A stretch of DNA of 64,000 bases, from positions 80,136 to 144,135 of the forward strand of contig JAADGS010000018.1 of the NCBI GenBank assembly GCA_013152275.1, written 5' to 3'. Below are positions 48,692 to 59,148 of the stretch, in pieces. Under the pieces are notes generated by a model. The model was not told the DNA's origin. It did not search any database and saw only the letters and a program-made list of their open reading frames with translations. Source of the stretch: Actinomycetota bacterium. GTDB lineage: Bacteria > Actinomycetota > Acidimicrobiia > Spongiisociales > UBA4744. The translations under genes were made by a program, and so were the position numbers. Positions within the stretch are counted from its first letter, which is position 1. Every line of letters begins with the position of its first letter.

Positions 48692-48963
48692 AGGCCGGTC
48701 TTCAGCGGGAAGCCTGCAGCTTCAGGTTTCTCGTCAATGCAGGCGTCGAATGGCGACGCTCCCATTGACAGGAAAGTGGGAAGAGTGGCGGCCACCCGAC
48801 TGGGAGGCTGAACCGTCGCTGGGGGGCATTGCGAAGTATAAGCCGGTTCAGTTCTGGGGGCTCGGATGGCCGCCAGTCGCTACGGTACCCGACAAGTACG
48901 CCGTTGCGGTGGAAATCCGGGCAGACGCCACCGCGACTCGGTGTCGCTACCCTGTGCCAAACG

Positions 48964-51900
48964 ATGCCGGCGCCACTCAAACCTCTCGTCAGCGCTTGGC
49001 GCCCCGAACTCATACCCCCGGTCCCCGGTCGAGTCGCGGTGGCGACGGCAGGGCGCGCCTTCCTGCTCGCCGGTCTCGCCTCACGTGCCGCGGGTCCGGT
49101 GCTGGCGCTGGTGCCGGGAGAACGAGAGGCCGAGGAGCTCGCGGACGACCTCGGTCTCTTCACCGAGCACGTCGTTCTCCTCCCCGCGTGGGAGACCCTG
49201 CCCTTCGAGCACGTCTCCCCGAACGAAGGGACGATGGCGAGACGGGCACAGGCTCGCCACACGTTGACCGGTGGCATGTCCGGAGCCATCATCGTCGCCT
49301 CGGCACGTGCCGCTGCGCAGCGGATCAGCCCTTCGCCCATCGACCCGATCGTCGCCCGGGTCGGTGAAGAGGTACCGTTCGATCGGCTCGTGGCCCACCT
49401 GGGTGCTGCCGGCTACACGCGCGTGGCCCGTGTCGAGACTCGCGGAGAATTCACCGTTCGCGGCGGCATCATCGACGTCTTCCCTGCTCAGAGCGGCACA
49501 CCGATCCGCCTCGACCTCTGGGGCGACCTTGTGGAGAGCGTGCGAACGTTCTCCGTGTCGTCCCAGCGTTCGGAGCATGACGTGGCCGAGCTCGTCGCAT
49601 TCCCGCCCCGGGAGGTGCGTCCAGACGAAGCCATGGTCGCGCTCGCCGCCGATCTGGTCCGTAGCGAGCCGTGGGCCGCGGCGACATGGGACCGCATCGC
49701 TGAGAGCGTGATCTTCCCTGGAATCGAGTCGTGGCTCCCCTGGCTGGCTCCTCCCCGGACCGTCCTGTCGGAGATGCCGCCCGGCGGGACCGTGGTCGTC
49801 TTCGATCCGGTTGCGGTCACGGACAGGGCAAGGGACCTTGCTGCAGAAGAGAGCGATCTGGCAGAGGCGCTGGCACCGACCTGGGGGTTCGGCGCCCCGG
49901 CCGACCACCCGTCGCTGTATCTGGATCTGCCGATCGAGGACCGGCGTGCGCTGCTCGTGCCGCCCGTCGCAACAGGCCCCGACGACACCGTGCTGCGGGT
50001 GAGAGGGCTCGATGCGACGCCCGGTGATCCCGATTCCGTGGCCGGAGCGCTCTCGCGGCTCATCGCATCCGGGGCGACCACCGTCGTGGCGATGGACGGT
50101 GACGCAGCCGCCGATCGGGTCGCCAGGGTCTTGGGTACCGGCGGGATCGATCTACCGCGAAGAAACCGCCTGGAGGTGGTGGAGTCGGCGGTCCTCGGCA
50201 CGGGGATCCATCACGGGTTCCACTTCGTCGACACCGGCGTCGCCGTGTTCGGAGAGCAATCGATCGCCGGCCGTCGAAGAGCACACCGTCGAGTCGGCAG
50301 GAGGGTTTCCGCCGCCGAGACGGCCAGCTTCCGCGATCTTCGGGAGGGCGACTACGTCGTGCACTACAGGCACGGCATCGGCAGATTCGAGGGTCTCGTC
50401 GCAAAGACGGTCGCAGGTGTCGAGCGGGACTACCTGATCGTTGCCTATGCAGCCGGCGACAAGCTGTACGTGCCGACGGACCAGCTCGATGCGATCCGCC
50501 GGTACACCGGCGGTGAGAAGCCGAGAGTCTCGAGGATGGGTGGAGCCGACTGGTCGGCAACCAAGGCCAGAGTGCGCAAGGCGGTCGCGGCGGTCGCCGA
50601 GCAGGTCGTCAGTCTGCATCGTGCGAGGGCGACCGCGACGGGCCACGCCTTTGGCCCCGACGGGCCGTGGCAGCGCGAACTGGATGCCGCGTTCCCGTTC
50701 GAGGAGACTCCCGACCAGATGCAGGCGATCGAAGACGTCAAAGCGGACATGCAATCCGAGCGTCCGATGGACCGGCTCGTCTTTGGTGACGTGGGGTTCG
50801 GCAAGACGGAGATCGCGGTGCGGGCGGCGTTCCGTGCGGCCACGGGAGGGCGCCAGACCGCCGTGCTCTGTCCGACCACGCTGCTCGCGCAGCAGCACTT
50901 CCAGACCTTCACCGAGCGCTTCGAACCGTTCCCGATACGTGTCGCCATGCTCAGCCGCTTCCTCGGCGCAAGAGAGCAGAAGAGTGTCGTGCGCAAACTC
51001 GCCACCGGCGAGATCGACGTGGTCATCGGAACGCATCGGCTGCTGAGCGAAGACATCCGCTTCAAGGATCTTGGCCTGCTCGTCGTAGACGAAGAGCAGC
51101 GGTTCGGTGTGGGGGCCAAGGATGCGATCAAAGGCCTGCGTGTCGGTGTGGACGTGCTGACGTTGACGGCCACACCGATCCCTCGCACGCTCGAGATGGC
51201 ACTCACCGGCATCCGGGACGTGAGCCACATTCGGACCGCGCCGGAAGATCGTCATCCGATCCTCACCTATGTGGGGCCGCTGGAGGAACGGTCCGTGTCG
51301 GCCGCGATCCGGCGCGAGATGCTCAGGGAGGGACAGGTCTTCTATGTGCACAACAGGGTGCAATCGATCGATCGGGCCGTTGCCAGACTTCGCGAACTGG
51401 TTCCGAATGCCCGCTACGCCGTCGCGCATGGGCAGATGAGCGAAGGACAACTGGAGCAGGTGATGCTCGACTTCTGGAATCACCGGTTCGACGTGCTCGT
51501 CGCCACCACGATCATCGAGTCGGGTCTCGACCTGCCGACGGTCAACACGTTGCTCGTCGAGCGGGCAGACCTGCTCGGGCTCGCGCAGCTGTACCAGCTC
51601 AGAGGAAGGGTCGGACGGTCCAGCCAGCGGGCATACGCCTACCTGTTCCATCCGCCGGAGCAGTCCCTGAGCGAGGAGGCACGGCGGCGGCTGCGTTCGA
51701 TCGGCGAGCACACCGAACTCGGATCCGGGTTCGACGTTGCATTGCGGGACCTGGAGATCAGGGGGGCCGGAAGCATCCTCGGCGAAGTGCAGTCCGGGCA
51801 TATCGCCGCCGTCGGCTTCGACTTGTATGCGAGGCTCGTTGCCGAAGCGGTCGGGGAACTCGAAGGAAGGCCGGCGTCTGAAGATCGCCCGGCAGAAGTT

Positions 51901-52344
51901 CGCATCGAGATCCCCGTCAACGCCTACTTGGCCGAAGAGTTCATTCCCGACCAGGAAGCCCGACTGGAGGCGTATCGTCGACTCGCCACCGCCACGACCG
52001 TGAGTCAGGTGGCCGATGTCGCCGCCGAGTGGAAAGACCGCTACGGGCCATGGCCGGGGGCCGTCGATGCGCTCTTGGCGGTGGCGGAGCTGCGGGCAGA
52101 GGCACTGCGCGTCGGTCTCGAGGAGATCGTCTCGCTCGGACGCGAAGTACGGTTTGCCCCTGTCGACCTCTCCATATCGCAAGAGGTCAGACTCCAGCGC
52201 ATCGCCCCGAAAGCGGTGCTGCGCGCCGCCGAGAGCGCGCTGTTCCTGCCTTCGCCGCCACCCGGGCGGACGATCGAGGTGCTCAGCGGCTTCGTTCGCG
52301 AGATGTGGCCCGAGTCCAGCGATGGTGCGGCCCGGCAGAAGTGA
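48964..52344 (+). CDS. mfd: Transcription-repair coupling factor
   Basis: RGGIIDVFP; CarD-like VVHYRHGIG; GDVGFGKTE; DEEQRFG; TATPIPRT; QLRGRVGR. Confidence 0.96.
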   Translation: MPAPLKPLVSAWRPELIPPVPGRVAVATAGRAFLLAGLASRAAGPVLALVPGEREAEELADDLGLFTEHVVLLPAWETLPFEHVSPNEGTMARRAQARHTLTGGMSGAIIVASARAAAQRISPSPIDPIVARVGEEVPFDRLVAHLGAAGYTRVARVETRGEFTVRGGIIDVFPAQSGTPIRLDLWGDLVESVRTFSVSSQRSEHDVAELVAFPPREVRPDEAMVALAADLVRSEPWAAATWDRIAESVIFPGIESWLPWLAPPRTVLSEMPPGGTVVVFDPVAVTDRARDLAAEESDLAEALAPTWGFGAPADHPSLYLDLPIEDRRALLVPPVATGPDDTVLRVRGLDATPGDPDSVAGALSRLIASGATTVVAMDGDAAADRVARVLGTGGIDLPRRNRLEVVESAVLGTGIHHGFHFVDTGVAVFGEQSIAGRRRAHRRVGRRVSAAETASFRDLREGDYVVHYRHGIGRFEGLVAKTVAGVERDYLIVAYAAGDKLYVPTDQLDAIRRYTGGEKPRVSRMGGADWSATKARVRKAVAAVAEQVVSLHRARATATGHAFGPDGPWQRELDAAFPFEETPDQMQAIEDVKADMQSERPMDRLVFGDVGFGKTEIAVRAAFRAATGGRQTAVLCPTTLLAQQHFQTFTERFEPFPIRVAMLSRFLGAREQKSVVRKLATGEIDVVIGTHRLLSEDIRFKDLGLLVVDEEQRFGVGAKDAIKGLRVGVDVLTLTATPIPRTLEMALTGIRDVSHIRTAPEDRHPILTYVGPLEERSVSAAIRREMLREGQVFYVHNRVQSIDRAVARLRELVPNARYAVAHGQMSEGQLEQVMLDFWNHRFDVLVATTIIESGLDLPTVNTLLVERADLLGLAQLYQLRGRVGRSSQRAYAYLFHPPEQSLSEEARRRLRSIGEHTELGSGFDVALRDLEIRGAGSILGEVQSGHIAAVGFDLYARLVAEAVGELEGRPASEDRPAEVRIEIPVNAYLAEEFIPDQEARLEAYRRLATATTVSQVADVAAEWKDRYGPWPGAVDALLAVAELRAEALRVGLEEIVSLGREVRFAPVDLSISQEVRLQRIAPKAVLRAAESALFLPSPPPGRTIEVLSGFVREMWPESSDGAARQK

Positions 52345-52428
52345 GCAGTTCACTTTCCTGGTTGCAGCACCTGCTGCCTACTATTCGTCGCTCTTCGCCT
52401 ACTATTCGACAGTCAGAAAGGTGAATTC

Positions 52429-53336
52429 GTGCGCAAGTATCTCGTCCTCCTCTTCATCGTCGCCCTCGTGGCCTCGGCGTGTTCCGGCACGGGCAAGGCC
52501 GTGGCGACCGTCAACGGCGTTGCGATCACTCTTGGCGATGTTGAGGCCCTTGCTCCGTCGAGCGACACGATGGACACCGCAACTTTCGACGGCAACCTGA
52601 GAAACCTCATCGTCGAGCAGGTCGTTCTTCAGGCCGCCGAGCAAGAGTGGAATCTCTCGTTCGACGCCACCGCCGTCGACGACCGGTACAACGAAATGGT
52701 GAACTCCATCGACGGCGACGTCGATCAGTACCTTTCCGACAACGGCATAACGAAGGGGACGTTGCGCCACATTGCGATCCAGCAGCTGCTCGGGACCGCC
52801 ATCGACAAGCAGCTTTCCACTCAGATTGGACCGATCTCCGACGCGGACCTGCAGACCGCCTATGAGGGGGCCAAGCAGGCCCAAAGCAACGTGTGTGCCC
52901 ACCACATCCTCGTCGCCACCGAGGATGAGGCGAACGCCGTGATCGATCGGATCAACGCCGGTGAGAGCTTCGAGGACATCGCAAAAGAACTCTCGATCGA
53001 CACGAAGACCGGCCCGGAGGGCGGCGACCTCGGCTGCAACGCTCCTTCGAGCTTCGTGCCGAGCTTCGCGCAAGCTCTTCTCGAAGCGCCCGTCGGAGAG
53101 CTGTACGGACCGGTCCAGACCGAGTACGGGTTCCACGTGATCAGGGTCGACTCGCGTGACGTCCCCGCGTTGGAGGACATCAAGAGTCAGCTCGAGGACC
53201 AGATCAAGCGCCAGCAAGGCGCGGCGCTGTTCAAGGACTGGATTACGAGCAAGCTCGACGCGGCCACGATCGAAGTCGAGTCGAAATACGGCACCTGGTC
53301 TGGAGCGCCTGACTACACGATCACACCACAGGCCTG

Positions 53337-53337
<1 letters not shown>
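52429..53337 (+). CDS. PrsA-like parvulin peptidyl-prolyl isomerase lipoprotein
   Basis: Lipobox ASAC; AHHILV; GGDLG; TEYGFHVI. Confidence 0.88.
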
Positions 53338-56091
<2,754 letters not shown>

Positions 56092-56092
56092 T

Positions 56093-56479
56093 ATGAGGGG
56101 ATCGCGTCTCGCAATCTTGGCCATCGTCGGCCTGGTCGTGGTGGGCGCGGTGCTCATCACGAATGTCCTGCCGATCCGTAGTCTGATGGCGGAGCAGCGG
56201 CGCGTCGATCTCGCCCAGGAGCAGCTTGCTGCGCTCCAGGAAGCGAACGCCCGTCTGCAGGCATCGGCGGACTTCCTTTCCTCGGACGCGGGTGTGGAGA
56301 TGGTCGCTCGGCGCGATTTCGGACTGGTTCGACCGGGTGAGACCGCCTACGTGGTCGTCGATCCCAACGACAAGGGCTTTACCCCGGACGTGCCGAGGAC
56401 GGCCGTTGAACCTGCACAGCCCCGGCCGTGGTGGCAACGCATCTGGGATTTCGTCACCGGTCGTGACCTGACGGGATGA
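56093..56479 (+). CDS. FtsB/DivIC septum formation initiator
   Basis: TM plus coiled coil plus ARRDFGLVRPGE; follows eno. Confidence 0.85.
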   Translation: MRGSRLAILAIVGLVVVGAVLITNVLPIRSLMAEQRRVDLAQEQLAALQEANARLQASADFLSSDAGVEMVARRDFGLVRPGETAYVVVDPNDKGFTPDVPRTAVEPAQPRPWWQRIWDFVTGRDLTG

Positions 56480-57003
56480 TGGACGACCAGCAGGTGGTCG
56501 CGCTGCAATTGGAGCGCCCGCTACGTGCCGCGGTGGAGGTCGTGTACCGATGCCCGCTCGGTCTGCCGGTTGTTGTCGCCGTACCACCGCTCCTCGACGA
56601 CGGGACGCCGTTTCCCACCCGCTACTGGCTGTCCTGTCCCGCCGCGCGTAGGCGTGTCGGGAGGATCGAGGCGGCGGGCGGTGTCAGGGCGATGGACCGT
56701 CGCATACGTCACGACGCGGCATTCGCCGCAGCGATGGGCGACACGAACCGGCGCTACGCGGCCGAGCGCGACGCGTTGATCCCCGACGGTGCGACGCCCC
56801 GGCCGACCGGCGGAGTCGCCGGAGGTTCGGGAGGTGTGAAATGCCTCCACGCCCACTACGCGGATCATCGTGCGGGTAACACCAATCCGGTGGGGGAGTT
56901 CGTCGCGCCGTGGGTCGAGCCGTTCGACTGTGACGTGCCGTGCGTGATCGAAGGGCCGGACGGTGTCGCCGCGGTGAACCCGGGGTGGTCGGAGCCGCGC
57001 TGA
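56476..57003 (+). CDS. DUF501 protein
   Basis: DGTPFPTRYWLSCP; GVKCLHAH. Confidence 0.9.
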   Translation: MMDDQQVVALQLERPLRAAVEVVYRCPLGLPVVVAVPPLLDDGTPFPTRYWLSCPAARRRVGRIEAAGGVRAMDRRIRHDAAFAAAMGDTNRRYAAERDALIPDGATPRPTGGVAGGSGGVKCLHAHYADHRAGNTNPVGEFVAPWVEPFDCDVPCVIEGPDGVAAVNPGWSEPR

Positions 57004-57008
57004 CCTTC

Positions 57009-57061
57009 CCGTTCTCGTGACGGTTCGATCGGATTATTCCCGTGAAGCGTCACGAGAACGG
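57009..57061. repeat. REP-like palindrome family A, copy 2
   Basis: Shares 31-bp core with 47117-47147; contains the HIT gene stop codon. Confidence 0.75.
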
Positions 57062-57546
57062 ATGGATGGGGCTCGCAGCCGCGTCCACGTGACGGTGAGG
57101 TCCTCGGGCAGGACCCTGGTGTCTCCGACGGTCGTCATGAAGTTCGCATCTCCCGACCAGCGGGGCACGAGGTGGAGATGGAAGTGGCCCGGCACGCCGG
57201 CTCCTGCCACGCGGCCCAGATTGGCGCCGAGGTTGTAGCCGTCGGGGTGCATGGCCTCGTCGATGGCGTTCATGGCGTTGCCGAGGAGCCGCCAGAGCTC
57301 CGCCTGCTCATCGGCGTTCAAGTCGGCGGGTCGTTCGATGTGGCGGAACGGGGCCACCATGACGTGACCGGTCGTGTACGGGTACCGGTTGAGCATGGTG
57401 AATCCGAACGATCCCCGCTCGAGAATCAGTGCCTCTTCGTCGGCGCCGGCGGGCAGCCGGCAGAAGAGGCATCCGTCGGCATCGGGTTTGCCGGCATTGG
57501 CGATGTATTCGCTTCTCCAACCGGCCCACAGCATGTCCCAGGGCAT
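57034..57546 (-). CDS. HIT family nucleotide hydrolase (Ap4A phosphorylase-like)
   Basis: LNRYPYTTGH; GANLGRVAGAG; HFHLHLVPRW. Confidence 0.9.
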   Translation of the reverse strand: MPWDMLWAGWRSEYIANAGKPDADGCLFCRLPAGADEEALILERGSFGFTMLNRYPYTTGHVMVAPFRHIERPADLNADEQAELWRLLGNAMNAIDEAMHPDGYNLGANLGRVAGAGVPGHFHLHLVPRWSGDANFMTTVGDTRVLPEDLTVTWTRLRAPSIRSRDASRE

Positions 57547-57574
57547 GATCGGAGGCTACTCGCTCTCGAAGACA

Positions 57575-57631
57575 CTGTGAACCCTGGGCTCAGGGGGGTC
57601 GCTACGACCCCTACGAGCCCTGGGTTCACAG
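57575..57631. repeat. REP-like palindrome family B, copy 1
   Basis: 48/50 identity with 59099-59148; nested hairpin. Confidence 0.8.
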
Positions 57632-57651
57632 GTTGGTAGCCTCCTGGTACT

Positions 57652-57740
57652 GCCCGGGTGACGGAACCGGTAGACGTGGCGGACTTAAAATCCGCTGCCC
57701 TCGAGAGGGCGTGTGGGTTCGAGTCCCACCCCGGGCACCA
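57652..57740 (+). tRNA. tRNA-Leu (anticodon TAA)
   Basis: GCCCGGG...GCGGA-CT-TAA-AA-TCCGC, long variable arm, GGTTCGAGTCC, encoded CCA. Confidence 0.96.
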
Positions 57741-57753
57741 GGAGGCACGACTC

Positions 57754-58401
57754 ATGACCGACGATCGCGGCGACGCCTACTCGCGCGCTGCCCGCCGCTA
57801 CGACCGCTTCATCGGACCGTTCGTGCGCCGGCTGCGCGCCATCGGCCTCGACCTGTGCCCGCCCCGGCAAGGGATGGTCGTGCTCGACGTCGGCTGCGGC
57901 ACGGGGGCCCAGCTTGCCGCCTATCAGGAGGCAGGCTGTCGTGTGTCGTGTGTCGATCCTTCCCCGGCCATGCTGAGTGTCGCCCGGCGGCGGCTCGGCG
58001 ACGGAGCGGACATTCGAGAGGGAGACGCCACCGTGCTTCCCTACGAGGACGCGACGTTCGACCTCGCCACGATCTCGTTCGTGCTGCACGAGCTGCCCCA
58101 CGCCGACCGTGTGGCCGTCATGGGGGAGATGCGAAGGGTCCTCAAACCCGAAGGGCGCATCCTGGTCGTCGACTTCCTGCCGGGCCCGTATCGAGGGCTC
58201 AAAGCACTGCTCGTGCGGGCCGGGATCGTCGCCATCGAGTTCGCCGCCGGAGGTGACCACTGGCGTAACCATCGGGACTTCCTCGCTCGCGGGGCCTTGG
58301 CGGCGCTTGCCGACGCGCAGCATCTCTCGGTTCGCGAGCAACGGACGGCCGGTGGGGGAACCATCGCCGTGTCGCTGCTGGCCGCCGGCCGAGTCTCTTA
58401 A
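57754..58401 (+). CDS. Class I SAM-dependent methyltransferase
   Basis: VLDVGCGTG; FDLA; RRVLKPEG; GGAGG RBS. Confidence 0.88.
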   Translation: MTDDRGDAYSRAARRYDRFIGPFVRRLRAIGLDLCPPRQGMVVLDVGCGTGAQLAAYQEAGCRVSCVDPSPAMLSVARRRLGDGADIREGDATVLPYEDATFDLATISFVLHELPHADRVAVMGEMRRVLKPEGRILVVDFLPGPYRGLKALLVRAGIVAIEFAAGGDHWRNHRDFLARGALAALADAQHLSVREQRTAGGGTIAVSLLAAGRVS

Positions 58402-59018
58402 CGCAGTCGCGGATTCAGCGTGTACGTGCCGGTGGTCGAGGCGCTCGCCAGGACGTGGCCATCGATCGCCTCACGCACGTCCGCGCCGGAGAACGCGCCG
58501 TCGACGGCCAAGTGGTGGACGTCGAGCGCGTACGCGGTGAAGACGTAATGGTGCATGAGTGAGTCGTTCCACGGGGGGCACGGCCCGTCGTAGCCGTAGT
58601 AATCCCCGGCCATGTCCTTGTCACCGACGAACCAGTTCGTGTAGTCGTTGATGCCGTGGCGGCCGAACGGTGCCGTCGGCCCCTTGCCACGAGGCACGAC
58701 ACCATCGGAGCAGGATCCCTCGGCAATCCCCTCCATGGCCGGGTCGATGTCGACGAGGACCCAGTGGAAGAAGTTGGTGCGAGGAAGGTCCGGTGGTACC
58801 TCACGGCCTTCTTTGTTGACGTCGTCGGGCTTGGTCGGGACGACGGGATCGTGGCAGATCAGCGCCAGCGACCGTGTTCCCTCCGGAAGATCCGTCCACG
58901 TCAGCGCCGGATTCCGGTTGGGCCCGAACGTCGCGTGCGTGTCGGGATCCGGCACACAGAAGGCGAAATCGCCGGGGATCGGATGACCGTCTTCGAAACT
59001 CGAACTACTCAATCGCAT
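58398..59018 (-). CDS. YbhB/YbcL (PEBP/Raf kinase inhibitor-like) protein
   Basis: CHDP; FFHWV; YDGPCPP; HHYVFTAYAL. Confidence 0.9.
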   Translation of the reverse strand: MRLSSSSFEDGHPIPGDFAFCVPDPDTHATFGPNRNPALTWTDLPEGTRSLALICHDPVVPTKPDDVNKEGREVPPDLPRTNFFHWVLVDIDPAMEGIAEGSCSDGVVPRGKGPTAPFGRHGINDYTNWFVGDKDMAGDYYGYDGPCPPWNDSLMHHYVFTAYALDVHHLAVDGAFSGADVREAIDGHVLASASTTGTYTLNPRLR

Positions 59019-59098
59019 GAGATCACCTCCATGGCGGAGGCTAGCGCCGTCGTCCGGTCAGGAACACCGCTCATGGGCCCGATTGAGCTCGTCTCCGT

Positions 59099-59148
59099 TG
59101 AACCCTGGGCTCAGGGGGGTCGTGACGACCCCTACGAGCCCTGGGTTC
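59099..59148. repeat. REP-like palindrome family B, copy 2
   Basis: Near-identical to 57578-57627; contains the P-type ATPase stop codon. Confidence 0.8.

Noticed and set aside
50152..52353. Long antisense ORFs (also 1181-2929, 38474-40582, 59237-61465 and others)
   Set aside because: Shadow frames opposite well-supported genes, expected at high GC
52376..52408. CCTACTATTCG duplicated before prsA
   Set aside because: Only two copies with a different period; too weak to assign to the heptamer family
57575..59148. Repeats as possible CRISPR array
   Set aside because: Only two copies 1.5 kb apart, no spacers, no cas genes
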